Source: the human T2T-CHM13v2.0 reference genome, Homo sapiens
Reading direction: 5' to 3' (one strand)
DNA length: 64,000 nucleotides
NCBI RefSeq assembly: GCF_009914755.1
Contig: NC_060927.1
In this document: piece by piece, positions 12,734-28,238 of the stretch
Numbering within the stretch: position 1 is the stretch's first letter
How the letters are laid out: every line of letters begins with the position of its first letter
Position numbers and translations under genes: made by a program
Notes under the pieces: generated by a model
Seen by the model: the letters and a program-made list of their open reading frames with translations, nothing else
Told to the model about the DNA's origin: nothing
Databases searched by the model: none

Positions 12734-15654
12734 CTGAAAAAAGAGACAAAAGTTCTCCAGCCAACACATCATGGAGCATTTATAGGGCAGAGAGAGAGCA
12801 GGCAATGTTTGAGTACCCCACTCTGTTCCAGGAGGAAACAAAATGGTTAAAGAGAATTTGAGAGCATAGAGTTTAATGAACGTTAGTTAGTTTATACAAA
12901 ATTGCAAGGTACTGGGTACTGGACCAATCCAAGACAGACAATCTAAGACAGTTAGGACTTCGAATCTAATTGAACTCTTCCACGACAGACATTTCCTATG
13001 TTTCAATTCATACAGACCATCTTTTGCTCTTCTGATTCTCTTTTTTATTGGTTAATTTTACACCATTTATATTCAATACATTAATTATTTCCTAATGTCA
13101 CTGTCTTTGGTGCCAGAGAGATGAGGGCTTCTCCACTGGATTAATTGATGTTCCTTGCCACTTACCGTTTGAAAATTCCACACCCTGTCTGCTAAGTACA
13201 ATACTGGAAATTGGGCTGAGAGCCTTAGGAATTTAGGGGCAAGTTTATCTTCATTTACCTGATTGAGGAGTGCTGATAAAGACAATGAATGAAAATTTCT
13301 CTTTAAGGGCCAAACTGTACTCTGGGCAGCTTATGTGCCCTTATATTGGCTGTGCAATCTGTTTTAATCTTAACACCAAAAAATTATGGAAGATGAGAGA
13401 AAAAAAAACCATCTACAAATGAGCTCATTTCAAGCTGTTGAAATCATACTTCCCCTTAAGGGGGTTAAATTTTGCTTCTTGTCTGTGAAAAATGCTTGAA
13501 GCTGTGTCACTTTAGACTGCCACCCCTGTGGTGCAGGAAGTCTCTGGTGCAGTATAATTTTGCAGTACTGCTCATATATTCATAAATCTCACTCGGAGAC
13601 ATATGAACAGTGTTATGAAGTGTCAGTATAAAAAAAAATCTAATCTTTTAAACTTCACCAGGTTTCATTACGCTCTGCCGCTTATACCAAACAATTTACA
13701 AATAAAATGAAAAGGTGTGGATGGACCTATATATTTATTTATAGGGGATCTATATGAACTGTGCACAGAAAAGATGCAAAAAAGAAAGAAATGGTTAGAG
13801 AATTGAGATGATGCATACTCTCACGCTAACCAATACACACGCACATGCACGCGCGCGCACACACACATCGCACACCAGTGGGGATTCGAAAAGCATAAAT
13901 AAAAACATGTTTCTGATGGTAACTCCACCCTTTCTCACCTAAAGATCATCCAAAATCAGTTTATGCCTAACACTCACAGTTTTTCCGAAGCCTTGTTTCT
14001 GACTTAATTTCTTTTAAAAAAATTAATTTAGGTTTTTACTTGCAAGGTAGAACTGCCAAGTTTCACCTTGCAAGAAACGACACAGTCTCAGCCATGGCGT
14101 ACAGAAGCCCTCTTTGCAATCTTTCATTTCTAGGCTCCTTCCTCATCAGAGCCAATTGTGGCTCTCCTTGGAGCCCAGCCGCAACAGAGACCACACTACC
14201 CCAATCGAGGCAGCACTGCAGCCTCACAGCCAGCTTCTGCTCTTTTAAAGATCATGGAGGCGAAACTGTCAGTTTTAGGAACCTTCTGTCCCTCCCCAGG
14301 GAGCAGGAGGGGTAGGAAGTAGATTTTTTTTTTTTTTTTTTTTTTTTGGAGATTTGCAGTTCACTCCATGGAGGCAGGGTGTTTGCTGGGGTCAAGCTGC
14401 TTCAGGCATGGACAGGTTTTCCCCTCTAGGGGTGAGAACATTTTACTGAAAATTTTTTTTGGTAATGGTTGTTGGGGGGTGTTTTTGGCACCTCCTGCCT
14501 TGGGATTCTGGAGCTTTTGCTGTCACTGCATCTGGGCTTGTTAAGAAGGGGCCCAGGGACAGGGTGATCACTGGGTCACTGGTATTCTGGCAGCCCTACC
14601 TTACTCCTGGCAACTGGAGGGCTCTCTTGTGCTAACCCCAGGCCTCAAATTCCACATTTACTGGTTGTAGCTGACATGTAATCTGGGGGGGGGGGGGGCT
14701 CAACAGATCTATTTTGAGAACTATGATGAACCTCCCCTTACCCCCAGCCTCCTGGGATTGGAAGATGACCTTCGAGCAATCCTGGCAAACTCCTGGCCAA
14801 ACCTACAATTCCAGGGCCTCATGAGGGGTACATCTCAGGGACACAAAAGAGGAGTGTGGCACTCTGGCTTCTAGGCAGAGGTGGCATTTTGCTTTGGCTG
14901 TGACAACAGGCAAACCGGCGCTGGCTTATATCACTGCCAGCAAGCCTTGTGCAACATGCCTTTTCCTCTTTGCTGAGAGACGTGCCACCTTTCAGGAAAA
15001 AAAAAAAAAAAATAAAATAACGCAACCCCCTGCCGCCCCTCCATTTTATGTAAGCAGTTCCCACTCTTGTAAATGGCTTCTAGTAGTAAAAAATAAAAAT
15101 AAAAATAAAAAGGTAGGAGACTATCAACAATCTTGCTCGGCTGCCGAAAGGATAGGGAGGTAGAAATTGCATACAGCAATGAATCAGTGCATCACACGCA
15201 GCCTCCCACCCCAGGAGAACAAGAAAGCCCTGGAACATCCATGCTTTCCTTCCTGGATCTCACATCTAGCAAAAGAAGTGTAAAAAATGTATGATGCCCC
15301 ATTGGCTACACATTTAAAGAGGCAAAAGGGAGTAAGTCACTCCTTTCCAAACCTTATGCTCAGGAGATGAAATTGGAGGCACTTTTGGATGCAGCACAGT
15401 GCTAACTTGGTTTTCCAGAAAGGCGCTTCAAGGCATTTGGATGTCGGAAAAAACAGGAGGCAATGCCTTCTAGAACTTTAAAATGTTAGAGGTACAGGGG
15501 ATCTTCCACGTTATCTGTTGTAGAGGAGGAAACAAAGGCCCAGAGAGGTGAAGTGACTTGCCAATGTCACACAGTGAGTGCCTCCGGAAGCAGCAGCTCT
15601 CCAAGATAGCCACAGCATTGAAAGAGCGGACTGTCTTCCGTTCCTCCTCCCTAA

Positions 15655-15856
15655 GGGATGGAGCAGTGTGTTTGCCGGTCATGACAGCCGATCTTGCACA
15701 TCTCTTCCCGAATCCGCGTTCAGGGATATCACATTGATAGCTAGAAATAGGCCTTCGTGGGGGATTTTTTCATCATGGGAATTGGCAAATGCCACAAACC
15801 AGGGCTTTCTCCCTCCCAGAAAGCCAGTCATTAAACATTTATCAGCACAATCCTTG
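15655..15856 (+). mobile_element. MER63-like hAT DNA transposon
   Basis: tgcacatctcttcccgaatccgcgttcag...ggaattggcaaatgccacaaaccagggct resembles MER63. Confidence 0.6.
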
Positions 15857-16448
15857 GTGTCTGGGTTGTTCTGCTCTTCCTCACGGGGCTCACAGTGCTT
15901 ATTAATCGGGTTTGCTTTATTTGAGATGGATGGGAATGCAGCAGATTTGTTATGATCTTCAAAGGAGGAAATTAATAAAATATTTTAAGTGCTCCCTATT
16001 TTGTTTAGTCCTTGGTTCAGATATGCCTTTTCCAGAGCTACCCTAACACCTGGGCACTAACTTTTCGGTAAAATATACTCTAAGTCTGTAGAAATAAGAA
16101 TTGTGGGCTGACGACATGTACTAAGTATTTAAGTATAATTTCTACTCCTTTACTGCCTCCCTTTAATTCAAATATATTAATTTGAAACTTGCTAAATAAA
16201 GCTACTTTAATCCTAAAACACAGCACTAAAGAAATAAAGCCCCCAACAGCCTGGGCACCTTTAAAATATGCCCTCTGGGGAAAATTCTGTGAAGGTTTTG
16301 AACTTGTCACCCAAAAGGATGCCCATCATAGACAACAGGGCCCTTGGAAAGGTGGGAACTTCTTCAGCAGCTGAACTGGATCTGAAGGCTCTATTTAAAA
16401 GAAGCTGGAAGGCTTATCTAAAAATTTGCCACTTAATTCTTCTTTCTA

Positions 16449-16650
16449 CAGTGTAGTGGTTAAGAGCACAGGCTCTAACATCCACCTGGGTTTGTGATCT
16501 TGGGCAAGTTACTTATGTTCTCAGAGACTCGGTTTCCTGATGAAAATGGGGACTAACTAGCCTTTTATAGGCTTTTTCTGATGGGTAAATGAAATCATGC
16601 TCATAAAGCACTCACAACAGCATTTGGCACATGATAAGGCCTCAATAAAT
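16449..16650 (+). mobile_element. MIR
   Basis: gtgtagtggttaagagcacaggctct...tgtgatcttgggcaagttactt...tcaataaatgttagct. Confidence 0.7.
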
Positions 16651-16683
16651 GTTAGCTACCACCACCTCCACCACTGCAATCAA

Positions 16684-16713
<30 letters not shown>
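16684..16713. repeat. (CAT)n microsatellite
   Basis: About 10 CAT units at the MIR tail. Confidence 0.9.
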
Positions 16714-16714
<1 letters not shown>

Positions 16715-17216
16715 TTTCTTCTCTTTTTTCTCTCCCTCTCTCAACCTAAAAGATTCCCAAAAACAAGGGAGAAAGTGGAACACGTTACCAGGGAAAGTCA
16801 TGTGGTGGTGAAGAAAATTATTCCCATTGGAATATTTCTGGAATTGTATGCATGCCTTATAGGACACACAAGTAGCCCCTTAACCATGCAATTGTGTTGT
16901 AAAGTTTTTTCTGGTAGATCATCACCCAAACTTTGGGTTCATAAAGCACATTTTAAACTATATTGACCTAGATTTACGTCTTGAATTAAAAAGATTCAGA
17001 CACAGAATGAGTGATTTCTCAAACCCTGTGGGGTGAGTTACAGCTTCACCTTACACTGGCTACTTATTAGCTGGGTAACCTCAAGGAAATTACTTAATTC
17101 TCTGATCCTCAGTCTCCTTTTGGGGTTAATACCAGTACTCTCTTCATGGGATTACTGTGAGCATTAAAAGAAATCATGTATGTGGAGGGCCTAGCAGAGT
17201 GAGTGTCACATAGTAA

Positions 17217-17582
<366 letters not shown>

Positions 17583-17765
17583 CATGGACATACTTTCAAT
17601 ATGTGACAGAAAGACATTTTTTTGATCCTCCCTTTCTAGTAAGAAGCTTAGATCATTAATATGCAGATACACTTGGGTCACCCATTCTGCCCTGCAAACA
17701 TACTGACTTCATGTAGAGAAATCCTTAAACATAAAATATTTATTCTCTAACATTCGGGTTCACCA

Positions 17766-17992
17766 AGGCCAGGATTAGGGTGAGGGAGTAGGGCAGGGTT
17801 GTACAAGTGCAGGATCAGATCATGTCTTTAATGAAAATTTTGATATTTCAGTCATCATGGATTTTTTGCACTAATTTTGATTTTATAAAAATGTTGTATT
17901 AAAATGTTATTTATCTTGGTTACTATATTTTTTGGTTCTCCCTTAAATTTTGTGATAGAAAAGTTGCTCACTTACCTCTTCCTAGCCCTGCT
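17766..17992. mobile_element. MER96B-like hAT DNA transposon
   Basis: ggattagggtgagg...aaaattttgatattt...catcatggattttttgca...cccttaaatttt resembles MER96B. Confidence 0.5.
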
Positions 17993-20336
17993 CTTGGGTT
18001 CACTGTTCCCCTGGAAACTTTACCCCCTGGAAGGGATTAGGCTTGAGACAGAAGATGGGTAATTAACACCTTACTGGACATTATAGGATTCACAGAAAAT
18101 GGGCTTTCATTTAACTCTGGATACTATCTAATCAGCTATATAGAGTGTTGCTACAATGATTGCTACTGCGGTTATGTCTTCTGTCATGATAGCCACTCTC
18201 ATTTACATGAGTCTTAATTCCTGACCCCCAACATCTTGATGTTAATTTGATATCCTACAAAGACATTACTGTTAATGGTACATTTGTTTTCAGAACAAGC
18301 CATATATCACAGATGAGTGGCAGTGGAAACAAGGAGTAGTGGCTGAGAGGAGATAGAACCACTGACTGTATTTTCATACTCAATTGTCACAAGAGTAATT
18401 TATCCCTTTAACTTACACAAACCCCTGTCAGACCAGACAACTCCGTAGGACTTTAGAGTCTACTGTTTTCAGCAAAGTACTATTTTGTACAGGATTCCTA
18501 ATATACACCCATATGCACTCACGTGCATGTACAATTCATAAGAATAGTTGCCTACTCATTGAACATGGAGCCCTTATAATGTTCAGGCACTACACGAAAT
18601 ATACTACAAGCATTATATAGTTTAATCATTGACTTGAACTCAAGATGTTGATACTATTAACAGTCTTGCTTTGTAGATGAGAGAAAAGGGCATAGATAGG
18701 TTACATAAGCAGCCTATGGTCACACAACTAGTAAGTGGTGGGACAAGTTTCAAGTTGGTTATTTACCACTAAATCTGTATAAAAGTTGTTTACATTCAAC
18801 TTGGTACTTTATAGAAGTAATGGATTGGTTACACAGAAACAGCTCTAGTCCTAGGTGTCCCTAAAGCAAATTCATTCAGCTTTGAAGTTCTCAAAGAAGT
18901 GTGTGGGTAGGACAACGCTGTTGAAACTGTTTCTCTTAGAGCCTGAGCTTGGCTTGGTGTCGGAAAGATTCTACATTTTATGAAGATAGAAAGTTGCTAA
19001 GCAGAGTGTGGGGACTCGGGGGCATCCCCATGGAAAACCACTCAACAGCCTTAAGAACTGATGGATGAGAGACAATCATTGCTGACTCTTAAGGGAAATG
19101 ATAAGAAAAAGGTGAATGAGTCCGAAGGCTACCATTTCTTGACTAGCATTGACATAATTTTTCTTGTCCCCTATCATCCTACCTCCTCTTCTATTTTAGG
19201 TTGGTAACTCATCAATTGCTAGTGGAAGAAACTAGAAAAGTTTCCTTCATCACAATGATTGAATATTCCTAACAGAGTTTTAGAGATACAAAAGCTATAA
19301 CGTTGATCAAAATTTCTGAAAAATTACATATCATAGGCTTTACAATTTTTAGTGAATAAGGAGAGCAAAATGGTAGAGCCTTTTCATGTCAGGGGAAAAA
19401 ACTGTCTCATGTGAAATTAAAGATGTCATCAGGAAGCACTAGAAGAGAAGAATTTTAGGCAAAGTCACAAATCCAGTGAAAATAGTCTAATCCAAACTCG
19501 GTTCTTCCTGTGTTGCTTTTTTCTTCACAGGAAAATTTTATTGAAGTATAACACACATACTGTAGTAAATCACTTTTAGCAACACACACACATACATATA
19601 TACACACACACATACTCCCAACAAGATATGTTACCCCATGCCTGTAAGTGAGGGAAATATTTCACCCAATATCATAAAAATGAGCTCTTTAAAAAAATAA
19701 TGGCCTAAGAACAAATAACCATACCATGCAGAAACACACACCTTCACACACCTTCTTTGATTGAAAACTTGTGACTCAGTCCAATATATCTCCATCCTGA
19801 GTGATAGTTGAAATCCACTAGGAACTGAGTTCTATTGTTAGTTCTTTTCTAAACATGTATTCCTTTGAAACTGGCATGTTCAAGCCATCTATATTAGGAA
19901 AGCAAAGCATTAAATGCCTGGGCAGTTCATGTCTAAATTCTAAACAGTGCTGTGGCTGAATCTTTATCATCATCCATAGTTTCACTTCACAGATGAGGAA
20001 ACTGAGACTCAGAAGTAAAGTGGTCTAGCAGCTAGCAAGAGATGGAACATCGACTTAAAATTCTGAGAGGCAGTGCAACCTGTGGCTAAGAAAATGCACG
20101 TGACTCAGACCACTTGTGTTTGGATCCTGACAAATTCCTAACACCGCTGTGCCTCAGTTTTTTCATCTGGTAAGTGGAGATAATAATAAAACCTACTTAG
20201 GATTAAATGAGTTATTTAGGTGCTGAGTGCTTATAACAGTGCCAGGCACATCCTAAGTACTGGGTATTATTATCTGAGCCATGTTGTCCTAACCTGCTTC
20301 CCAAATAAGAAATCACAACTCCTTGAGTGTGAACTA

Positions 20337-20679
<343 letters not shown>

Positions 20680-21563
20680 CCCACCTTTTTGAGCAGCTTC
20701 TGTTTTTCTAAAAATGCCTGAGCAAGCAGGCAATTTGGTAACTGTTTGGTAACCAATCGGTGTTTTTGAACTGAATGCTGGAGGATTTTTATATTTTCTC
20801 TGGAAAGTTCCCTTTCTCTAACCCAACACAGCCACACCTCAGAGAAACTGGCACAGCATCTTGCCTAGAGGGGCTAATGAAATAACATTTTGTTTGTTGG
20901 CAAGGAGTCAAAGAGGAAGATAATACTTTGACCACGCCCATGTGACTAAGTTCTTCATTTTGTTTTTGGTGACAAAAGTGAACTATTATTTAAGGGAAAA
21001 AACCCCTACAACCTATTTCAATTGCTATATTGAAATACTGTAATGAAATATTTTATGTTTGAAGCTTTCAATGCGTATTTCTTCCTTACAATTTGGGTAA
21101 TTTAAGAACATGGGAAAAGCATCATTCAGGGTTTCTTTACACTTCCACCAAAGTCCCTGTAGCTTCATTAGCCTAAGCCAAAATTCCACAGCCCCCTGGG
21201 TCTCTCAGGTCTAACGATTACCGGGGATCTGGTTGTATTTGGTGTTCTAATCAAAGATTCACAGAGGGTCTGACAAAGAAACCCTGGCACGTTCAAGCCG
21301 TCTATGCCAAGTGGGCAAAGCACTAAAGGACGGCACGCAGTTCATAGCAAGTTTCCAGATTTGTCAAAGCTTCCCAAGGGCTGAACAAATACTTTCTAAA
21401 AGGGCATATCCTCCAAATGCGTTCAAGAACCAGTATGCCGTTGAAAGATACAATCTTCTGCCTTACTTGAGTGTTGCTATAATTCAGGATTCACCCTTCA
21501 AAACAACTGCTCTTAGAAATGGGTATTTCCCAGTCACAGCTTCAGGACGCGCAGCTAACAGCA

Positions 21564-21624
21564 CAAAGCTATAATCAGACACCAAAGCTATAATCAGACA
21601 CCGAAGCTCTAAACAGACACCAAA
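21564..21624. repeat. 19-bp minisatellite, ~3.2 copies (caaagctataatcagacac)
   Basis: Two identical units and a third with 3 substitutions. Confidence 0.9.
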
Positions 21625-22834
21625 ATCAGAGGGTACAGATAATCAGAATGACCTTCTCAGCTGCCCTAAGTGTCATTTTTAGTTGAGGGTAGGATTTTTT
21701 TTTTTTTTTTTAACGTCCGTAATTCTTTGGATACCTGAAAACCCATGCCACTGAAGTCTTTACAAAGCTATCAGTGCTGTGGCTTTTCAGGATGGCCGGG
21801 TCCTAAAGTTTGGACGGCAGCTCCCTGAGGACTCACTGACGGAGGAGTCTGAGACAACGTGCTACAACCACAGTTTCAGAGACTATGGCTTTCTATAACC
21901 TGCTGCTGAGAGAATTCAGCTCCTCTTTTGCCTTTAGCCTTTTCTCATTAGGAAGAGATAATGCAAAAGACATAATAATTTAAAAGATATATTTAAATTA
22001 TTACTGCTTAAAATATTTGCTGCTTCTGTGGGAAGGTATAAGGGATTTAACATTTGGGAGCATTATTTCAACTCCCTTAGGAAGGTCCCAAATATCTTGA
22101 TTTTTTATTAAGATAAGCAGTTATCTATTAATGACCAAATTCCAACTCTGTAAAATGTGTAATAAGTAATTCTTTAGCATCAAAATTTCTAACGAATGAT
22201 TAAAGGGATGAATCCACAAGTAGACTCCCGACTTAATGCATTTCAGCCTTCTAACCCAAGTCAGTCCTGTTGCATGGGGGAAATTTCAAGGGGAGGCAAG
22301 AGTCCAGAAGGATCCTTTCTAAAAGCAAATCAAGCAGGGGAGTTTAATCCAAAGCTTAGCTTATATGAACTATCTAGGGGTCTCTCTCTGGAAGACACAT
22401 CTAGTGGGGAATTTTTAGCTAGCCAAAGCCAGAATACAAGTAAGTATGTTGCTTCTGAATCAATCTGATTGTCTAAAACCCAACAAGTCACAAAATCCCC
22501 CTTTATCCTACCCAATCCCACTTTTCAATATGGCGGGTGGTCATCAGTGAGGAGGTGTGATGGTCTCAGAAAGGCTATCTTTCCTAATAATCATAAGATA
22601 TTGCTGGAAATGGTGTACCATCTTCAAAGGAGAAAACTAAGCCAAAGTTCAACTCATTGACACCAACTTAAAGACACGAAGGCACAAGATGGGAAAGCAG
22701 AGGCACTGATGTGAATTTTCAGTTAGGAATACTACCTCCAACCCAAAAGCAAATACCACTTTTCCGGTTTCCACAACCTGAGTAAGTACCATTATACTTA
22801 CTCAAAAGTGGAACTTTTGAGTATAGATGCAAAA

Positions 22835-23328
22835 ACATTGAAAGTAGGATCTAGAAGAGATACGCCCACATTGATGTTCATAGCAGCTTTATTCACAATA
22901 GCTGGAAGGTAGAAGCAACCCAAGTGTCCATCAGAGGATGAGTGGGTAAACAAAATGGGGTATATACATACAATGGAATATTATTCAGCCTTAAAAAGGA
23001 AGGAAATCCTGTCACATGCTACAATATAGATAACCCTTGAAGATATTATGCTAAATGAAATAAGTCAGTCACGAAAAGATAAAAACTGTATGATTCCACT
23101 TATATGAGGTATCTAGAACAGTCAGAAAGTAGAACAGTGTTACCAGGGGCTAAGGGGAGGGGTAAATGGGAGTTGTTTAATGGGTGAGAGTTTCAGTTTT
23201 GCAAGATGAAACGACGTCTACAGATCGGTTGCATAACACTGTGAATCTATATAATACTATTGAACTGTACACTTAGAGATGGTTAAGACAGTACATTTTT
23301 TGTTATGTGATTTTATGACAATTAAAAG
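22835..23328 (+). mobile_element. L1MA/MB-type 3' end fragment
   Basis: atgttcatagcagctttattcacaatagc...aagcaacccaagtgtccatca...tatgattccacttatatgagg...gaactgtacactta. Confidence 0.85.
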
Positions 23329-26300
23329 AAAGATGGGAAATAAAAATCACTTCCCATACTTAAAACGAAACTTTGCCTAAGAAAGAACAGATATGTAGCA
23401 ATGTACATATTCTAATCTGGCACACCCAAACATACTTTAAAAAAAAAAAAAAAAAATCTTTGTAAGATGAGTGTAGTCATTTCATTTAATCCCAGGACTG
23501 AGGCAATTTCTCAAGCTCTCAAGGCTCCACAGAATTTTGAGATTATGAAGAACAAAGAACAAATCTGGTAGCATTTGCTCAGTCATTTATTTGGTTTATT
23601 TAAAACATGCCACGGGGCCAACATTTCTAAATCTGTGAAATAGAATTAAATGAAGCCCAGAGATGAGAACTGAGAATCCTCATAGAGGACTGGATCCAAA
23701 CAACAAGAAAAGGATGCATTTTTTTACACCGTGAACCACATCACCTCATATGTTTTCACAGAGACTCCCCTGTCCCTTATCCACCAGCCCCCGCTCCAAT
23801 TTTTCAAGCCAGATCTGCTCAAGCAATACTCAGCCCTGAGACCCCAGTTGCCCAAAAGGGCAACAGCTCTCCATCCAGAATCACTCCCACCACAACAGAC
23901 TTATTAAGGTTTGGAATGTGTGTTCAGGAAGCCCTTATTTTAGGAAACAATTAAGTAGAATTAGGCTAATAATGCAAGGCAGGCAAAGCTTTTGCCCTTT
24001 GCTGAAAAATAACTCCTACGTGGAACAGTTATACTAATAAAAATCATGTATTTCTTAAATGCCTCAAAATGATCTTTGCACCAAGCTCAGCAATTAACAC
24101 TGCCCCACTGAGGAGCATTTATTCTCCAGGCTTGGGAGGATTAATCTCCCTGTTCGCCCAACCAATGTCTTCTGTTGGTGAAAATACAGTGTGAGGCTTT
24201 GGGGTCTGGGAATAGAAATTTCTGCAAGTGGGAATTTTGCAGGAGGCTTAATTCCCTTCTCATCTCAGAGGGTGGCAAGGTGGGAAGGAAGGGCTGGGAG
24301 CCCCCCACTAGGCCCAAATAGAGGCCACATCAAAACTCTTCTCGGGCCTACCTGTTCTTGACCTCCAGGGAGGACGGGAAGGCCTTTCTTCAAGTGGCCT
24401 GGGCCTTGTCTACTGGGGGATTGTTCCCAACCCCCCCAAACCCACTCTCCCCTCAAAGTAGCCATTCATGGGCCTTCCTCTGGGCCAGAAGCAATAGATA
24501 TCCCAGCTCCAAGTCTGGGCAGGAAGTGACCGCTGGGCAAAAGCGGGACACAGACCCTCCCGTCTGATGCTTTGTCTCCTTGACAACACCCCAGCTGGTG
24601 GCCCGAGGCACAGGCTTAATTTCTTTTCTTTCTCTGCCCACCCTCCCCGCCCCATACTTCTTTCCCTCTTTCTCTACACGCACACGTACGACATCCAACA
24701 TAAAGTTGCCGAAATAGCAATCTTGTCTCTGAATATATAAATTGCAAAAATTGATATGAATAAATCTGCAAGTAGCACACTGATTGTGGCACATTTTATC
24801 AAAAAACGGCGCTCGGTTGCTCGGTGGCTGGGGAGGGGGTTGGTGTCATTACACATACAGAAAAACATCTGCAAACTCCCAGTTTCTTTACTTAGAACTG
24901 AATGGAGGCATGACCTCCTGTTCCTTGCCATGAACCCTGAGTTCACACTCATATTTTACATGTTACAGGAAGCCACAGCTCGCCCCAGGGGTGCTGCAAA
25001 CAGACACGCAGAAGCCAGATGTAGCCCCCACCCCCCCAACTCCTTAATGCACCTGAAGAAGCCGGCAACTCGACATTCAAAAGCTGACATGCTCGTAGCT
25101 TAAGGTCACTTCAGATTTTGTAAAGAGGAGGACAAAACCAGGAATGCTTCTAGGGCTGGGCTGTCAGCGGGGAGGCAGAGGGATTACAAGAAACCTGTGA
25201 CTCTGCCTCTTTCTGCCTTTGCTGGTAGTTTTTTTGTGTGTGAACAAGTGCCATACAACAGATTGAGCCTCGTATAAAGGCCTGAGACTGTGCAAGGGTT
25301 CCCCGCTGGGCCTCAGCTGTGCTTGCAATTAGCAATAGGCACGGAGTGATTATTGTTGGGGTAGCGGATGGCAATGCGAAGTGACAAGTTTTATGGGGGA
25401 AGTTGGGAGTGGGGAATGCTCTGCAAGTTTCTCTTTCTTTCTTTTTTCTTTCCTTTTTTCTTGTTCTGCAAAATACCCTTCCTTGGGAGGCTGCAACCTC
25501 CTGTTTCAGTGAAAGCTATTTTTCTTTTTCCCTCGTCATTCAAAAGAGTCTTAACAAAATTGTTTGAAAGAATATTTTTCTCAGTGCTTCAGAATGCGGG
25601 TTTTCTAGGTCAGAGCTTCCTTGCTGCCCTATTTAATGTCAGAAATACCCATTTGCCTCAAATTAGCAGAGAGCTTGGAGTTGAGGGCAGGAGATTAAGC
25701 ACACAAAATTACTCAGCAGGTGACGGTGGGGTGGATTTGGGGGTTGAGAAGTCTTTAAAACTGACTACAAGACATTATATACTTCTGACAAAAGAACATA
25801 GTAATCCTACCTGCTTGCTTTAACCACTGTTGTTTGCCTATTATTATGTGCTTTAATGCTCATGAGAGCAAAACTATTGCTGATACTACTCAATTACCAT
25901 AGTAACTCACACCAGTGACCTCTTATCACAGGGCTCCCAGCCCAGCTAAACCAATCCAGACAGTTTGTGTCTTTTTATTTATTTAAACGGTGACATATAC
26001 TTGGACTGGAAAGCTCCAAATAGAGTCGACTCCTCTCTTTGTCTAGAATAAGAACTTGTTTTGAAATTTTGAGTAAGGGCCTTTTCACCTTTTGAATCTG
26101 AGGTGGTTCTGAAGTTTATGGATTTGAGGCTGTGAAACGCCTTCAAAAACATGAAGACACCGAACAATGCCCAATAAAAAGAAAAGAACATGTGTACATC
26201 AGAGACCAGCAGCCTCCCAGCTGCAGGAAAAGTTATGTTTCCCACTCAGGTCTCCAGCTATGGTCTCTCAAAGATTGGTAGGAGGAAAACTGGAGGTTCT

Positions 26301-26420
26301 TCCTGGGGGACCATTGCTATTTTATCATTTCAGTGGGCTAAACACAGACAGGACAAAATGACTACTCAGAGGGATTTAACTCTAAGTTTTAAAAAGGAAT
26401 TAAAGGTGACATTAATATAC

Positions 26421-26603
26421 TTTTTTTTTTTTTCTGAGACAGGGTCTTACTCTGTCATCACCCAGGCTGCTGTTACCCAGGCTGGAGTGGAGTGGCGCGA
26501 TCACGGCTCACTGCAGCCTCAACCTCCCTGGGCTCAGGTGATCCTCCCACCTCAGCCTCCCAAGTAGCTGGGACTACAGGCGTGCACCACCGTGCCCAGC
26601 TAA
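26421..26603 (-). mobile_element. Alu right-arm monomer (AluJ/FRAM-type) with a small internal duplication
   Basis: T-tract plus one monomer; acccaggctg is repeated at 26460-26483. Confidence 0.88.
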
Positions 26604-26827
26604 GCATACATTTTTCTAGCTTCGCATTTTTCACTGGCCTGTGAATGTATATGTGAATACATGTGTGCATACTCTATGCTGTACTCTGTCTGAACACTAT
26701 TGGTGATTCTGATTTGTTGTGCCACATTAGCATATTAAACGCTCTGAGAAGTTCTGTAGTAGAGAAGTCCGTTTAACTTTGTGTTTTTCCAAATGTACTT
26801 AACACAATAACTATTTTTCTTTTATTC

Positions 26828-27157
<330 letters not shown>

Positions 27158-27248
27158 TGAGCCACCCATTAAATTCTCTCAGGATGTTTATGTCTCATTG
27201 AATCTGATTTGGAAAAAAGTTCTATAGTGACATTAATAATATTGCAAT

Positions 27249-27578
27249 GACTCACAGCTGTAATCCCAGCACTTTGGGAGGCTGAGGCAGGAGGATCACT
27301 ATAGGTCAGGAGTTCCAAGGCTGAGGTGAGCTATGATTGCACCACTGCACTCCAGCCTGGGTGACGAAGTGAAACTGTCTCTAAAACAAACAAACAAACA
27401 AAAAAAAACCTAGCAATAATAATAATAAAAGTAGGCAGAGAACAATGACATGTGCCTATAGTCTCAGCTACTTGGGAGTTTGAGGCGGGAGGATCACTAG
27501 AACCCAGGAATTTAAGGCCAGCCTGGGCAACAAGTGAGATCCTAGTATCTTAAAAAAAGAAAAGAAAAGAAAAGAAAA
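27249..27578 (+). mobile_element. Two Alu monomers (FLAM/FRAM-like) at ~27249-27408 and ~27434-27578
   Basis: Each is one Alu-like arm with its own A-rich tail ((AAAC)n and (GAAAA)n). Confidence 0.8.
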
Positions 27579-27849
27579 TATTTAGTGAGCACTTATTATA
27601 TATCGGGCACTATTCTAAGCAGTGTATATGACTTAAACTCATTTACTTCTCCTAACAACCTTAAGAAGTAATGACTTGTTAAATCCTATTTTACATTTCT
27701 ATAGTATATAATATTTATATGAATTTGTTCTCTATGAAAAAGGAAGAAAAGGAAATGTAATTTCATATGTAATAAATTGGCTTTTAATTTTTATTGTATT
27801 TTTCCTGTTTCTGAGCCTTCAGAGATTGGGAAGCCCATGGGTTACATGT

Positions 27850-28238
<389 letters not shown>

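Noticed and set aside
13875-13895. gggattcgaaa B-box-like motif suggesting a tRNA
   Set aside because: No cloverleaf or A-box.
21564-21624. Direct repeats as a CRISPR-like array
   Set aside because: Head-to-tail with no spacers, in eukaryotic DNA.
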